In this document: positions 1 through 12,705 of the stretch, piece after piece
Layout of the letters: every line of letters starts with the position of its first letter
Position numbering within the stretch: position 1 is the stretch's first letter
Source of the DNA: Chrysomallon squamiferum
Taxonomy: Eukaryota > Animalia > Mollusca
Assembly: GCA_012295275.1 (NCBI GenBank)
Contig: CM022679.1
Span: 9,238,001 to 9,302,000, forward strand
Direction: 5' to 3'
DNA: 64,000 nucleotides
Made by a program: the position numbers and the translations under genes
The notes under the pieces: model-generated
Database searches by the model: none
What the model saw: the letters and a program-made list of their open reading frames with translations, nothing else
What the model was told of the DNA's origin: nothing

Positions 1-114
1 CAAAAAGCTATACACATGTAAATACATACAAGTCAAAATATATGTGATGTTAGGATGAATGAACAAAATATACTGAATCTGCTCTCTTTAAGAAATAAAG
101 ATAGTGCTACTCAC

Positions 115-2639
115 TTGTATAGCTGCCGGAAACAGAGGTTTCTGTGGACCCATACTGGCAACTGGCATCCTAGGAGGCATGCCCATAGGCCCAGGACCCC
201 TCATGGGACCTCCCATTTGTGGAGGCATTGCAGGAGGCATTCTTAAAAACAAAGACGAATGTCTGAATTTGGCATTTTAAAAATAAATATCAATAAAAAC
301 GCATTTCAATTAAACTAATGATTACATTTTATTTTTTCAAAATATCTAAATTAATAGTTACAGAACAGGTTTATCTTCAATGTATGGATTTATTGGGACT
401 GAGAGATTGATTTTGTAAGCATATGTCATTTCTGACAGCTGAAGTCAAAAAATATTGTATTAGACTCTACACCATGACTTTATGTGTGTCAAATCAAAAT
501 TAGTTATTTTTAAGAACAGTAACATCTTCTGTGTATCTTACTGGTACCTATCAATTTAAATAACATTTTTTTTTAGCATTAACTATTTTAATTCATTGCT
601 GAATTTACATAATGGTTTATTTTGTATGGCACTTCCTTCTGAATTTATTTTATTTTCAGGATGGAGCATCATCCCTCTTTCATTTTCTTTTTACGAGCTT
701 GAACGAGCTATTAAAAATGTTTAGAATAAAAAATACGAATAATCACTTACCCCATCGGTCCCATGTTCTCTGAAAAAGACACAACAAAGCACTTTTAGTC
801 ATCAATACACCAGGTTTTTTTTATTCAAAATTATATATTTTAGGCTTCTTTTCTTCGATTTTTAGCTTTTTTAAATTTGAAAAAAAAACCAGTAAATTTA
901 TCCTTGGTAGATCAGAATTATAAGCTGTAATCAAGGTTTTCAATGCTTACGCATAGGAGGAACTAAGCCCACTGGGCCCATAGGCCCCATTCCACCAACA
1001 GGTCTCATTGGCCCCATCGGTCCTGGCGGAACAGGGGGCATCACTGGAGGAGCAAATGGCATGCTTGGTCCAGGAACAAACTGCTGATTCGGCAAAGGGG
1101 CAGTTTCTTCATCTGAATCTTTCCCGTCACCCCTCCTGAAATAATACCAAAGAAACACAGTACAGTTCAGGCGAACAGTTGTGTTATTCGAGGACTCTGA
1201 AAAACATTCGTCTTCGGCAAAATTCTGAAGTTTGTCAAGTGGCAAATGCACCAGTTAGGTTGTTTAGAACGTGTCTTGTTTTTAGACCAAAATAAACAAA
1301 AGTGAATCCACAGGGAGAGTTATTTTTGAGAATGCTATTTCAAGATATTCCAATACCTTTACTTTAAAATGGAGTAAGTACGTTAAAATTAACATGTGTG
1401 AGACCAGAAAAGAAAAGAGAAGAATATACTGTTCATTTAATATATAATGAATTTTATTCATAATGAAATTCCTTACATTTCTTGCTAAATATCATCAAAC
1501 CATATTCATTTTCAAGCTTTCAGTTATTAATGACTTTTAATCGAATATACCAACCTCCCGGTCTTCCTGCACGCATTTTTTCGTGTTCTCTAGCATCTTG
1601 TTCAGGTATACCTTCCATTCCATATATCTCAATTTCTATGTTGTATCTGCCAGGAAGTGAATTTGGAACTTTGTCAACCTTTTCTTTATGTACCTAGACC
1701 ACAAACAAAATATGTAAACATGTGAAAATAAAATTAAAACATTAACTTTATAATGCTTCATAAACATTAAACTTTTAATAAATGCAACCACTGCAGTTAA
1801 AACTATACAAAATGCAAGGATATCCAATTCAAAAATATTTCAACTTCATAATTCAAACTGTAATTTATTTGAAACACTTATTTTTAAGATTCATTTTACC
1901 ATGTAGTTTTAATCAGGTTCATAAAAAACCCATTGCTATTGTATATAAAGAATGGGGTATTTTAGATGATTAACTTCAAATACAATCTTTCATTTTTATT
2001 TGACAGATACTGTTAACTATAAAAGTTCTAAGTATAAAATAAAAATGTATCAACAAAACAATCTTTAAAAAAGTATCTGAATATTTATATTAGTGGCTGC
2101 TAGAACATAAAAGAAAAAAAAATCAAATATTATGCTTAAATAGTACAAAACAATTATACTATGATTTTTTTTTTTATTTTTATTGTTTGAGGACTTACCT
2201 GCATACAATGTATTGAAAGACCAGGGCCTGTGTACAGTTTCTTGTGACATATATGACATTTAAAATGTTTTGCCTTTTGATGTTGTATTAGTATCTTCTC
2301 ATCATCAAACTCACGGTTACAATACCTAAACTATGTTAAGGAAATTACATTTTTTTACAATTTTGTTTACATTTATTCTATGAAATGCTGTTCAGATGAC
2401 TGATAAATAAATATGAAATGAAGCATCAGTGTATTGTCATTATGATGATTTTGAAATGAGCATGTAGCGTCTGGGGAATATACTGGCCAGTAACCAAAAT
2501 GATGTACCAAAAAAAGTAGTTTTTCTTTTTTTACTTATTTCTGTTTTATTAACAAAGTTTTATTTTGTATTTTATTAACAAATTTATTTATTTTTTATTT
2601 TTATTATTAAGTCCATCATTTTTATTATTATTATTATTA

Positions 2640-2703
<64 letters not shown>

Positions 2704-3144
2704 TTTTTTTTTTTTTGTAATAGCCTGCAGAAAGTGTGCTGATTATATTGTGTAATAAAAAGATAATTTACATAATAACGATATTACTCATTTACTGTCA
2801 CTCGACTCACTTATTGTTAGTAGCATCACCCCATCAGTTTGTTAATTTAGTTAAAAATCAATACATTTTTGAAATGGCCACAAGTATTTTAATACCTGCT
2901 ATATATATAAAATGTTTTTATCAATATCAATATAGCATTTATGATTTAATTATTCAAACTGGTTGAAATACAGGTCTGATGGTGTGACTGTCACGGTCAT
3001 TGAGTCAATTTCTGAAATTTTAAATTATTTTTAAAAATAATATCGACAGTTGAGTATTAAAATTGATAAAATGATTTCTGTAGAATATTTTCGAAAAGGA
3101 TACCAACACCAAGGTTTACTCTGCTTCTTCTTTTTCCTTCCCAT
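115..3144 (-). CDS. ZNF207: BUB3-interacting GLEBS-motif zinc finger protein ZNF207/BuGZ, 5' portion (gene continues past the left edge)
   Basis: Exons: 3144-3104 ([13 protein letters not shown]), 2325-2199 ([43 protein letters not shown]), 1693-1555 ([33 protein letters not shown]...), ~1135-951 (Pro/Gly/Met-rich), 769-751 (19-nt microexon) and 241-115 (...[10 protein letters not shown]). The N-terminus is near-identical to the conserved ZNF207 double C2H2 region. The phase of the exon 3/4 junction is not fully resolved. Confidence 0.96.
2326..3103 (-). other. U12-type (minor spliceosome) GT-AG intron 1 of ZNF207
   Basis: The 5' splice site reads TG|GTATCCTTTT at 3103. Branch point TTCCTTAAC lies at 2343-2335, a few nt upstream of the AG at 2327-2326, with no long polypyrimidine tract. 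Confidence 0.93.
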
Positions 3145-3963
3145 TGTGTAACACGACTCAAAGAAAACAACTTCAAATAAAAATTATTTCTAATACGTAA
3201 AAAAAAAATATGGCGGACTTCCTGAGATTTTTTCTTTTTTTTAACTTCCACCACTTTGGTTGTCTGCACCAATTTGATCACCGTATAAATAGGCCGACGA
3301 GATCCTAGAAGACTTTTGCATAAAGTTATAAAATATGTCGAATAATAATACTGAATTTGGGAAACCCTTGTAACTGAGAAAGCATTAATTTCTTAATACT
3401 GTATATTATTTAAATTATAATATTATCAAATTAATTCAGTGATAAAATCTTGTTTACCAAACTTAATCAAAACATAACATGAGAAAACAAAAGATTAGTT
3501 AAAACTGCTATTGGAATTACATCGGAAACATAATTTCATTTAATCTATTGATATTCTGAAAGAGATGAAATAGTTTTTGTTCAGAGAATCGTGCACATTA
3601 TAATGATATTAATATAATTCAGAGCGAAAAGCTATTTTCGATATAAAATAAGCCGATTTGTTGTGAATGTAAATTAATACATATACACATTGTTCGCCGT
3701 AAACGTCAGAATCATATTATGATATATGTATTAGCTGATTAATTTACGATTTAGAATATGATATAAAAGAAATAATTTTAAAATTTCATAATAAAATTGA
3801 TAATTGATGTATTGTTACATTAACAGATACATAAATTATTTTTTTAAACTTCTTGTTTTTATTCTGTGTAACTTTACTTACTAAATGAAACTAAAGTAAA
3901 AGTTATTTTGAAAGGTTTGTGAAAAATATAACGAAAGAGAGAGAGAGAAATTTTTATATAAAC

Positions 3964-4011
<48 letters not shown>

Positions 4012-4057
4012 GTGGCGGTTATTTCAAAATGAAATACATTTTTGAAGTTTGGTCACG

Positions 4058-4096
<39 letters not shown>

Positions 4097-4980
4097 CAGT
4101 TTGTTACATTCAGTTTCTTTTTCTTATTTACTTATTTATTATTAATACTTTAAAAAATATATATATATATATTTTACATACGCTATATTTTTAAAAATAA
4201 TTTTAAAAAGATATTGAACTTTTCCAACACATTCTCCCTGATTTATTTTCTTAGGAAAAGCTGATGTACTTTACCACTAAATTATTATTATTATTATTAT
4301 TATTTTAAAGTATACCACTAATAATGCATTACAAGCAATGGTATGTGCTCCCCTGCCTGTAGAAAGGCTACCATCAGGTACTTCTGTCCGACCTACTTTA
4401 GTACTGAGTCACTAGATTGTAACAGTTAACATAAAATGTATGCCGAGGTGTCTTTAAAGAAATATGAATTAATCCTGGTTGTCCTACGAAATACAAATGC
4501 GCCATGCTCCGTTTGATATGACTACAATATAATAGTTTGTCTGTCGCCCGTTGATACCAAGCGCATTTCAAAAGTATATAGTAACTTGTCAAACCACTCG
4601 TCTTGTTGGCTATCGAACAAGGAAGTATAACCTATAGCTAGGTCAGTGACGTTTCTTTTTCGTTTTGTTTGATTATAAAGATAACTGGCAAACCGACTGC
4701 CATCTCCCTATCATGTTATGTTACTCCTGTTGTTGTTTTTTCCCTCATGGGACTGTTCTGTCATACGTTATTTCACATTACGAAATAATTATGTGATCGT
4801 TCATTTAAATTCTACTTTTAATCTTCATTTTCGAAACTTTATTATATTGTTATTCCATCATCCATGGACTAAAAAGATAAAACGACACCTGCTAAAAAGT
4901 AAGTGTGAGTACAGTGTAGATAAGATATGCGTATGCACACAAGAACGCGTGATTTGTAAGTTTGTGTTTAGCGCGTAAGT
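3145..4980. promoter_or_regulatory. Divergent promoter region between ZNF207 (-) and the CARD gene (+)
   Basis: The two genes are head to head. There is a TATA-like TATAAATA near 3284 and CpG-containing patches at 3200-3300 and 4930-4975. Candidate donors of a non-coding first exon of the CARD gene (GTAAGT) are at 4956 and 4975. Confidence 0.45.
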
Positions 4981-5550
4981 TTTTCATCCTTTTTTTTTTC
5001 TTTCTTTCTTACTTTGCATTTATTCTTCTTTATTTATTATTATTATTATTATTTTTTTTTTTTTGCTCTGAGTGTTTTTTTTTCTTCTTCTTTCTTTCTT
5101 TATTTGCTTGATGTCCTTTTGATATAAGTTGTAAATTAACTGAACTTGGATCAAACATTTAATTCAATAAGAAAAAAAACAACTTTTTCATAGAAGATAT
5201 TTATTTTCAGCAATTATTAGCTTTAGTCTTGAAAACAAAAACAAAACAAGTATGGTATGTACTGCCTGGTTTTTAATAACAACCATATCAAATATCACCA
5301 ACTTTTAGAACCAGTATTTTTTTAATGTTAAACTTTCTTTGATACTGAGATAATATTTATTTAAACAGTAGTTTATATTAAAATATGAATGAATATAATT
5401 TACCTAGGAACATTTTCAGGAAGGTATACCTAATGTGTGTATGTATCACACACACACACACACACACATCATTTGTAAACACAAATATTCATACACATAC
5501 ATAGATACATACACACATATATATATATATATACTTATGTACATACATAC

Positions 5551-5799
5551 CAGTGGTGTGCAGAGATCTGGTGATGCTTGGGGCCAACTCCTTTATTGAA
5601 TGCCTCAAAGACTCAAGTATAAGGCCTACTACTGAGAAATATTATGAGAAAGGAATATATTTTGAATAAAATAAACACGTTATTCAATTTAAATATAAAT
5701 CGGCCAAATTTATTAAGTTCTTTTCTCAGATTGGATGCCCCCCCCACATCTGGATGACCAGGGCCACCGCCCTTTTGTTGACCCCTCTGCATGCCACTG
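5551..5799. mobile_element. Non-autonomous DNA transposon (hAT-like MITE), ~250 bp
   Basis: Imperfect terminal inverted repeats CAGTGGTGTGCAGAG ... CTCTGCATGCCACTG. The flanks ATACATAC / ATACATCC fit an 8-bp target-site duplication with one mismatch, although they lie within a TACA microsatellite. Confidence 0.7.
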
Positions 5800-6343
5800 A
5801 TACATCCATACATACATACATACATATGTATATGTATATGTATATGTACTCACAGACATATACATACACATAAACATACACACAGAGAAAAACAGCTTTT
5901 GATCTTTCTTTTTTTTGTATATTATCCATATAAAATAAAAGTAAAAATCTAATAATCAGCAATATTAAAATACACAGAGACACAAGAAGATTCATTCATT
6001 TTTATTTCTCACTATCATGGACTTCAGTGGATTTCACACTGGATACAGATTCTGTCACAACAGTGTAACTTTGATCAGTATACTTACCACTTCACAATTC
6101 AATGGACATTGTTTAGAGGGTTTGGCAGGAAACAAAATTCTCTGTTACATTTTTATTATATTTTTTTTATGTGTCTAGACAACCTCTTCTTTTCGTTTGA
6201 GATAAAATTCAGACCTACTTTCCTTGAATTTAAGCACATTCGAGAGAATTTGAATTTTTTCTGTTAATTTAATAACCGATACATACATTTGTAATATTAT
6301 GTAATATTATTGTATAAATTATATCTAATTTTTTTTATATAGT

Positions 6344-6374
<31 letters not shown>

Positions 6375-7190
6375 ATTATTATTATTATTTTGTTTCTTCT
6401 CAAAAACAAATTTATTCTATACAGGTCACAAATAGAAATACAAATTTTTTAAATTCCTGAACTGTATTCCAACAAATACTCAACAATGTGTTTAAAAACC
6501 ATACTAAACATTATTGTATCTATTGGTAAAGATTTAGATTTGAAAAAAACAACAAAAAAACAACAACATTATAATAAAAAACAACCCAAAACACTAGAAA
6601 GAAAAGTGACCTTTCAAAAGCTTATTATATTAGTATTTGTCATGCATGAATGCCGTTTAAAAAAGGTATTAGTAATGTAGGTTAAGTTTGCCATCCTTTA
6701 AAGTGGAGATACAATGACCAGGTGTATACATTTCATTGTGTATTGTGTTTGTCAATCAATAAAACTACTCCAGGGAATGCTATACAAAGATTCAGTGTTT
6801 ACACAAAATATATCACATACTCCCATAAGTAAAGTGTGGAAAAAAAAGAAGATGATGAAGAAAGAAAAGAAAAAAAAACACTGAGTAAATAATGTCTTGC
6901 AACCTTTAGAGGCTGAAAAAACAAAAAAAATAGTTTATATATATACTGCATTGTAAAAAGGAATGGATGTTTATGTACGTAGGAACAAATTTTAAAAAAA
7001 GATGAAAGAAAATGTAATATACATGTATTCATACATACATAAATACACACAGACACACCTGGGTATACACACATACACACAGACACATACATACAGAAAT
7101 GCTCTCACAGATCTATAAACCGACATATACATACACAGACTTGTATACACACAGACTCATAGACACACACACACACACACACACACACAG

Positions 7191-7249
<59 letters not shown>

Positions 7250-7412
7250 TCCTACACGAGATCCTACACTGTCCAGCAAACCATTTATTATTTCCCACTC
7301 TTTTTATCAAAGTACTTCAGAATTGCATCATATTTTCTAAACAACTATCCTCAAAATATAACTTAGGTGATGTTTAAACGCTGATTTGCATTACAGATAC
7401 AAACACCACACG

Positions 7413-10400
7413 ATGGATGAAGAGAAATTTACTGAATTCTTGGAGGAAAATAGATTTACACTTGTTAGCAAAATAAAGGCAGAGGTTTTTCTGGACTACA
7501 TGAGATCAAATCATTACTTGGATCAGGAAGATTGTGAGACAATAAGAAATAACTATGTCTTCCAAACAAGACGTCAGAAAGCAGGTAAACTCTTATTAGT
7601 TATTATTATTATTATCTGTAGTTTTTGCCTCCATATTGTATTTCTGTTCCAGTGCACATACCTTAACAGTATGCATACATCAATGCTAAGTATAAAAAAA
7701 GTAAATATTTCACTTTGATAAAAAAAAAATCCTTTAAATGCTCTTTGAAGTGATTCTGCCAGGCCTGCATTGAAAAAAAAAAAAAAAGTTGCCAATATTA
7801 GCTATCAACTTTGTGATCTGGTTTTTCACCAGCCCATGTTTTTCGTCTCCAGTACCAGATAAATGATGGATGCTGTGATTTTTTAAATGAATTAAATTAT
7901 GTTTTGCAGAATTGCCTAATAAACAGAGCTATCTGATCATTTTATGTCTTGAAATTATGTTTTTATCAACATGGTAACCATACACATATACATACATTTG
8001 TGTGTGTGTGTGTGTGTGTTGGTTTCATTCAGTATTAAAAGTTACAAATTTATAAGTTGATAAATTTGTTAATTGTGTGTGTTTTAATGGATCCAGAAAT
8101 TGATATATGTATGTATTCATTTGTTTTACTATTAATTTTATCTTTTGTTAAAAAAGTTTTTTTTCTTTATTCATTATTGTTTATTAATTAATTTTTTTTT
8201 TTAATATATCTGTATACTGAAGAATTAATTAACAAATTTAGCAGGTTTGATATCTGAATGAAAATATAACATACTGATTTCATTATAATTCTGTATACTT
8301 TTTAATATGTAAAAGCCCAATAGAAAAAGTTCTACAGATGTCAGACTGAAAACACATAATAATTAATAATGCACTTGACTAATGCTGTTATATCTAGATG
8401 AATTTATTAACATTCTGCTGATGTTATTATTTCCAGGTGTTTTTATTAATATTCTGCTGGTGTTATTATTTCCAGGTGAATTTATTAACATTCTGCCAAT
8501 TTGATTATTTCCAGGTGAATTTATTAATATTCTCCTGGTGTTATTATTTCCTGGTGAATTTATTGATATTCTGTCAGTTTTATTATTTCCAGGTGAATTT
8601 ATTGATATTCTGTCAGTTTTATTATTTCCAGGTGAATTTATTAATATTCTAATGGTGTTATTATTTCCTGGTGAATTTATTAATATTCTGCCAGTTTTAT
8701 TATTTGCAGCTGAATTTATTGATATTCTTCTGGTGAATTTATTGATATGCTGCTCGTGTTATTAGTTCCAGGTGAATTTATTGATATTCTGTCAGTTTTA
8801 TTATTTCCAGGTGAATTTATTAATATTCTCCTGGTGTTATTATTTCCAGGTCAGTTTATTAATATTCTCCTGGTGTTATTATTTCCAGGTGAATTTATTA
8901 ATATTCTGCTGGTGTGATTATTTCCAGGTGAATTTATTAATATTCTGCTGGTGTTATTATTTCCAGGTGAATTTATTAATATTCTGCTGGTGTGATTATT
9001 TCCAGGTGAATTTATTAATGTTCTCCTGGTGTTATTATTTCCAGGTGAATTTATTAATATTCTCCTGATGTTATTATTTCCAGGTGAATTTATTAATATT
9101 CTAATGGTGTGATTATTTCCAGGTGAATTTATTAATATTCTGCAGACAAAAGGTCCTGATGCATTCAATGTGTTTATGGACCTTCTTGAATGGGAATATC
9201 CACATGTTTTTGAGAAAATCTGCAACAAGAAAGCTAAGGCACCACCCCCAGGTGTGTAACTCAGTTTTTATATATTCAGCAATTTAAAGTTTTGGGAGTC
9301 AAACAATGGTTAAATGAAAATAAAATTAATATTCATTTAAATTACATAATAAATCAAGAAGAAAGTAATTAACATATATATGATAAACAAATAAAAAATT
9401 AAAAATTTTCATAACTTGAACAAATCTAATACTATTCAAGTTGTGAGTAAAATTATGCTATTTTTATTTATGACTCATATTGGTATTTTTCTGCATTTCC
9501 ATACTGATACATTGTGGTTGTTAAATAAAAATTTATTTTTTGAAATTGTGATTTATTATTATTTTATTCATATCATTTCTAATTAGGAGATTTTTTTATC
9601 TTAACAACAAGACCTTGAATCCATTAGATCTTGGGTTTATATATTTTGACTGTGATATTGAAATAATTCATTTAAAAATACCTCAAATCCATTAGATTTG
9701 CGTTTATGTGTTTTGACTGCGATATTGAAATAATTCGTAGGTTACACAAGGCACAGTGATGGTCGAATGTCACAAGCTCTGCATGACTTTGTCAATATGG
9801 GATTTAGAGAGCGAGATTTGATGGAACAAGTCGATAGACTGCAGAATCTTTTAGAATATGCACAGAATGAATTGAGAGATCTGGAAGTTAGATTTAAATT
9901 TGTTTAAGCAAAACAAAAACAAACTCTTTATTTTGATGCATATACTTTGTGTAAATGCTTCTGAAAATTTCCAGTTTAGCATAATAAAAATATTTGATGT
10001 CTGGTTATACTGATAAACCAGATTAATTTTATCAAAATTATATATTTAATAATATCATATGCTTTGTCCTAAACTGTTATTTTTAAATATTTAAATGTTT
10101 ATTATTTCAGTTTTTCACTAGTATTCTTTTATTTATTTATTTATTTGTTTATTTTATTTTATTTTCCTTCTGGAACAAAATCAATTAAAATAAACAGTTA
10201 TTTAAAAACAATTTTAAATATTCAGTTTTCTTACATAATATTTTACACAAAAAGTAATGATATTTACACAGTGCCTTCTCTTCAATCCTGAAATTTGTGT
10301 TTGCTAACTTGTTTTGTTTCTATAACAGCGCGAGAATTCAGTTCTTCGAGAAAGCCAAACAAGAATGCGTCAACTTGAAGAAAAATTGTCCGACTCAGAA

Positions 10401-12670
10401 ATGGAATTCAGAAATCTGCAGGAGGAAAACAGTAAATATGTCTTTCTTAACTCACTGACTGCTGTGGAGAGAGATTTTTATTTGATGTTTAATTGAAACA
10501 TATTATTTTCAAACTTATTCAAATGAGGATAAAACTTTTGTAGTAAAAGCTTCCTAAAACTTAGAATTCATCAAAGAAAATAAAAAATTATCTATTTTCT
10601 GTATGTATGTATGTTTTATATGTGTGATGTGGTGTGTGTGTGTATGGTTGATGGATGGATGGTTTAAAATAAAAAAAGACAAATTCTCTATTTTAAAAGT
10701 GTTTTAATCTGTATATAATGCAGGATGTTATCATTCTACACAGTAATTTATTACATACTGATCTACATACACACTTTAATGTATATTACAAACAGTATTA
10801 CTCGATCAAAATGCAAGAAGAGATTATTGAAAAATATTACCCCTGTCTACAGATTGTCATGTATTACAGCATTAAGCAGTGTATCTGTATATAATAATTT
10901 TAGATAAAGTTTTTCTCTTTCCTGTAACTGCAGAATGATATTTAAATGTTTAATAATGGAAAATTTTTAAATAATACTCAGACAAGTGATTTAATTTTAT
11001 ATTTCTTCTTCAGTTAGAATTTCAAATAAAATTTAATATCTGTAAATATATCCTAAACATTTGCAGTCATAAATGTGACACTGATGATACATCATATAAT
11101 AAAACTTCAGTGAAATAAATTTAAATGATTATAAATTGGAAAAAAAAAAAAATAAAAAAAATGTTTTGGCTACTATCTTTGACTTGATAATTCTTATGCT
11201 TCAGGACGCTTTATGAAGAAAAATATCCAGTTACTGGAAGAGGTTGACGCTTTGAATAAGAAAATTCAAATCATAGAAAAGGAACATGATACCCTGATGA
11301 AAACAGTTAATGTGAAAGATGTAGAAATTGAGAGAATCAAAGAATCACAGGTTCAGCTCAAAGGTTGGTTTCATTTCAAGTAAAGTTTTTTCACAGACTT
11401 CTGAACCAGCAGAAATGATATTCTGTTTGTTTTGTTATATCCCTTTAGGCTTGGGCACAGAAACTTAATGCTTTCTTTTTTAAATAATGCCATAGGGTCA
11501 AAGAAGGGGGTTGCAGATGTAAATGTTTGAAACATTTTACTGATTTAAATATCAGTACCAGTTAAACATCCATTTTGTAAGAGGCTTGAAAATGTTGTTG
11601 ATTTTTAATATTTTAAAAATTACTTGAAAATGGAACCCATGTGAATATTGTCTGTTTATATTTTAAATAGAGCTTATAGACTGAAGGTGATTGTTTTGCA
11701 GTATACTGTTTTTTAATAGTTTTGTGCATTAAACAAAGTCTGTATACAATGTAACTTCAGAAACATATGCTATCAGTAACTCAAAGCTCACATATTTTTC
11801 ATAATTTAGAATTTTATACGGATTGCACAATGCGTACTAATAATATTGTTTAATCAGTTTATATTCAGAATGTATATTATATAAATATTGTTTTAATTAT
11901 CTAAGTGTAAATACTGAGCAAGAACAAGCTTGAGTAATATATATTTTGTTTCAAAAATGTTTGACCAAATGTGCACATGTATCTGTATTATTATTATTAT
12001 TTTTACAGATATTTTAATGATCACCTAATGCATGTGTATTGATTTTCATTTCAAAATTAATATTTTATGCAAAATAAAGATGCATGTGAATTATTTTTCT
12101 ATACGAGCACTTTTTAAACACGCACATGTTCTATTTATTTTTTTTTTATTCTGTTATTTATTTTTTTAATTAAAAGCCATCTAGTAATTATAAAGTTCAG
12201 TTAGTGCTCAGTTTGAAATTATTTTTTGGACAGAGTGTGTAGAACAAGCTAGAAGGGAATCTCAAAGAATTGTTCGACTTGCCTCGAAGATAGATCGTAG
12301 CACTCGTAAAGCCAAATATGTGAGTTGTGTTTTTAACAGCAGCAATAGTCGACAAGTACTTGACACACAAACATTAAAGTTGTCTGCAAAACAAATAATA
12401 ATAAAAAGCAGATGAACAAAAATTTAAAATAATACACAATAAAAGAAAGTAGACGTATTCTTATGTGTATGTTTGTTCATGTGTGTGTGTGTGTGTGTGA
12501 ATATGAATGTTTGTGTGTATGTATATGTATATAAATCTAAGTATGTTCATGTGTATTTGCATGAGAAGACAAAGCCTGTATAATTAAATTAACAACAAAA
12601 AAAAACAGCACCCAAACATTCACTATTAAATAAATAAATTAAGTAAATAAATAAATAAATAAAAAAATAA

Positions 12671-12705
<35 letters not shown>

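Noticed and set aside
1815-1823. ATATCCTTG, a U12 AT-AC donor-like motif in ZNF207 intron 2
   Set aside because: No matching branch point and AC acceptor were found, and similar 8-mers occur several times by chance in this AT-rich window.
2380-2510. Possible intronic C/D snoRNA in ZNF207 intron 1
   Set aside because: No properly arranged C and D boxes with a terminal stem on the transcribed strand.
8384-9143. 39-bp array as a CRISPR array, or as a repeat protein (ORFs 8437-9228)
   Set aside because: There are no unique spacers, the context is a eukaryotic intron, and the ORFs are simply translations of the tandem unit.
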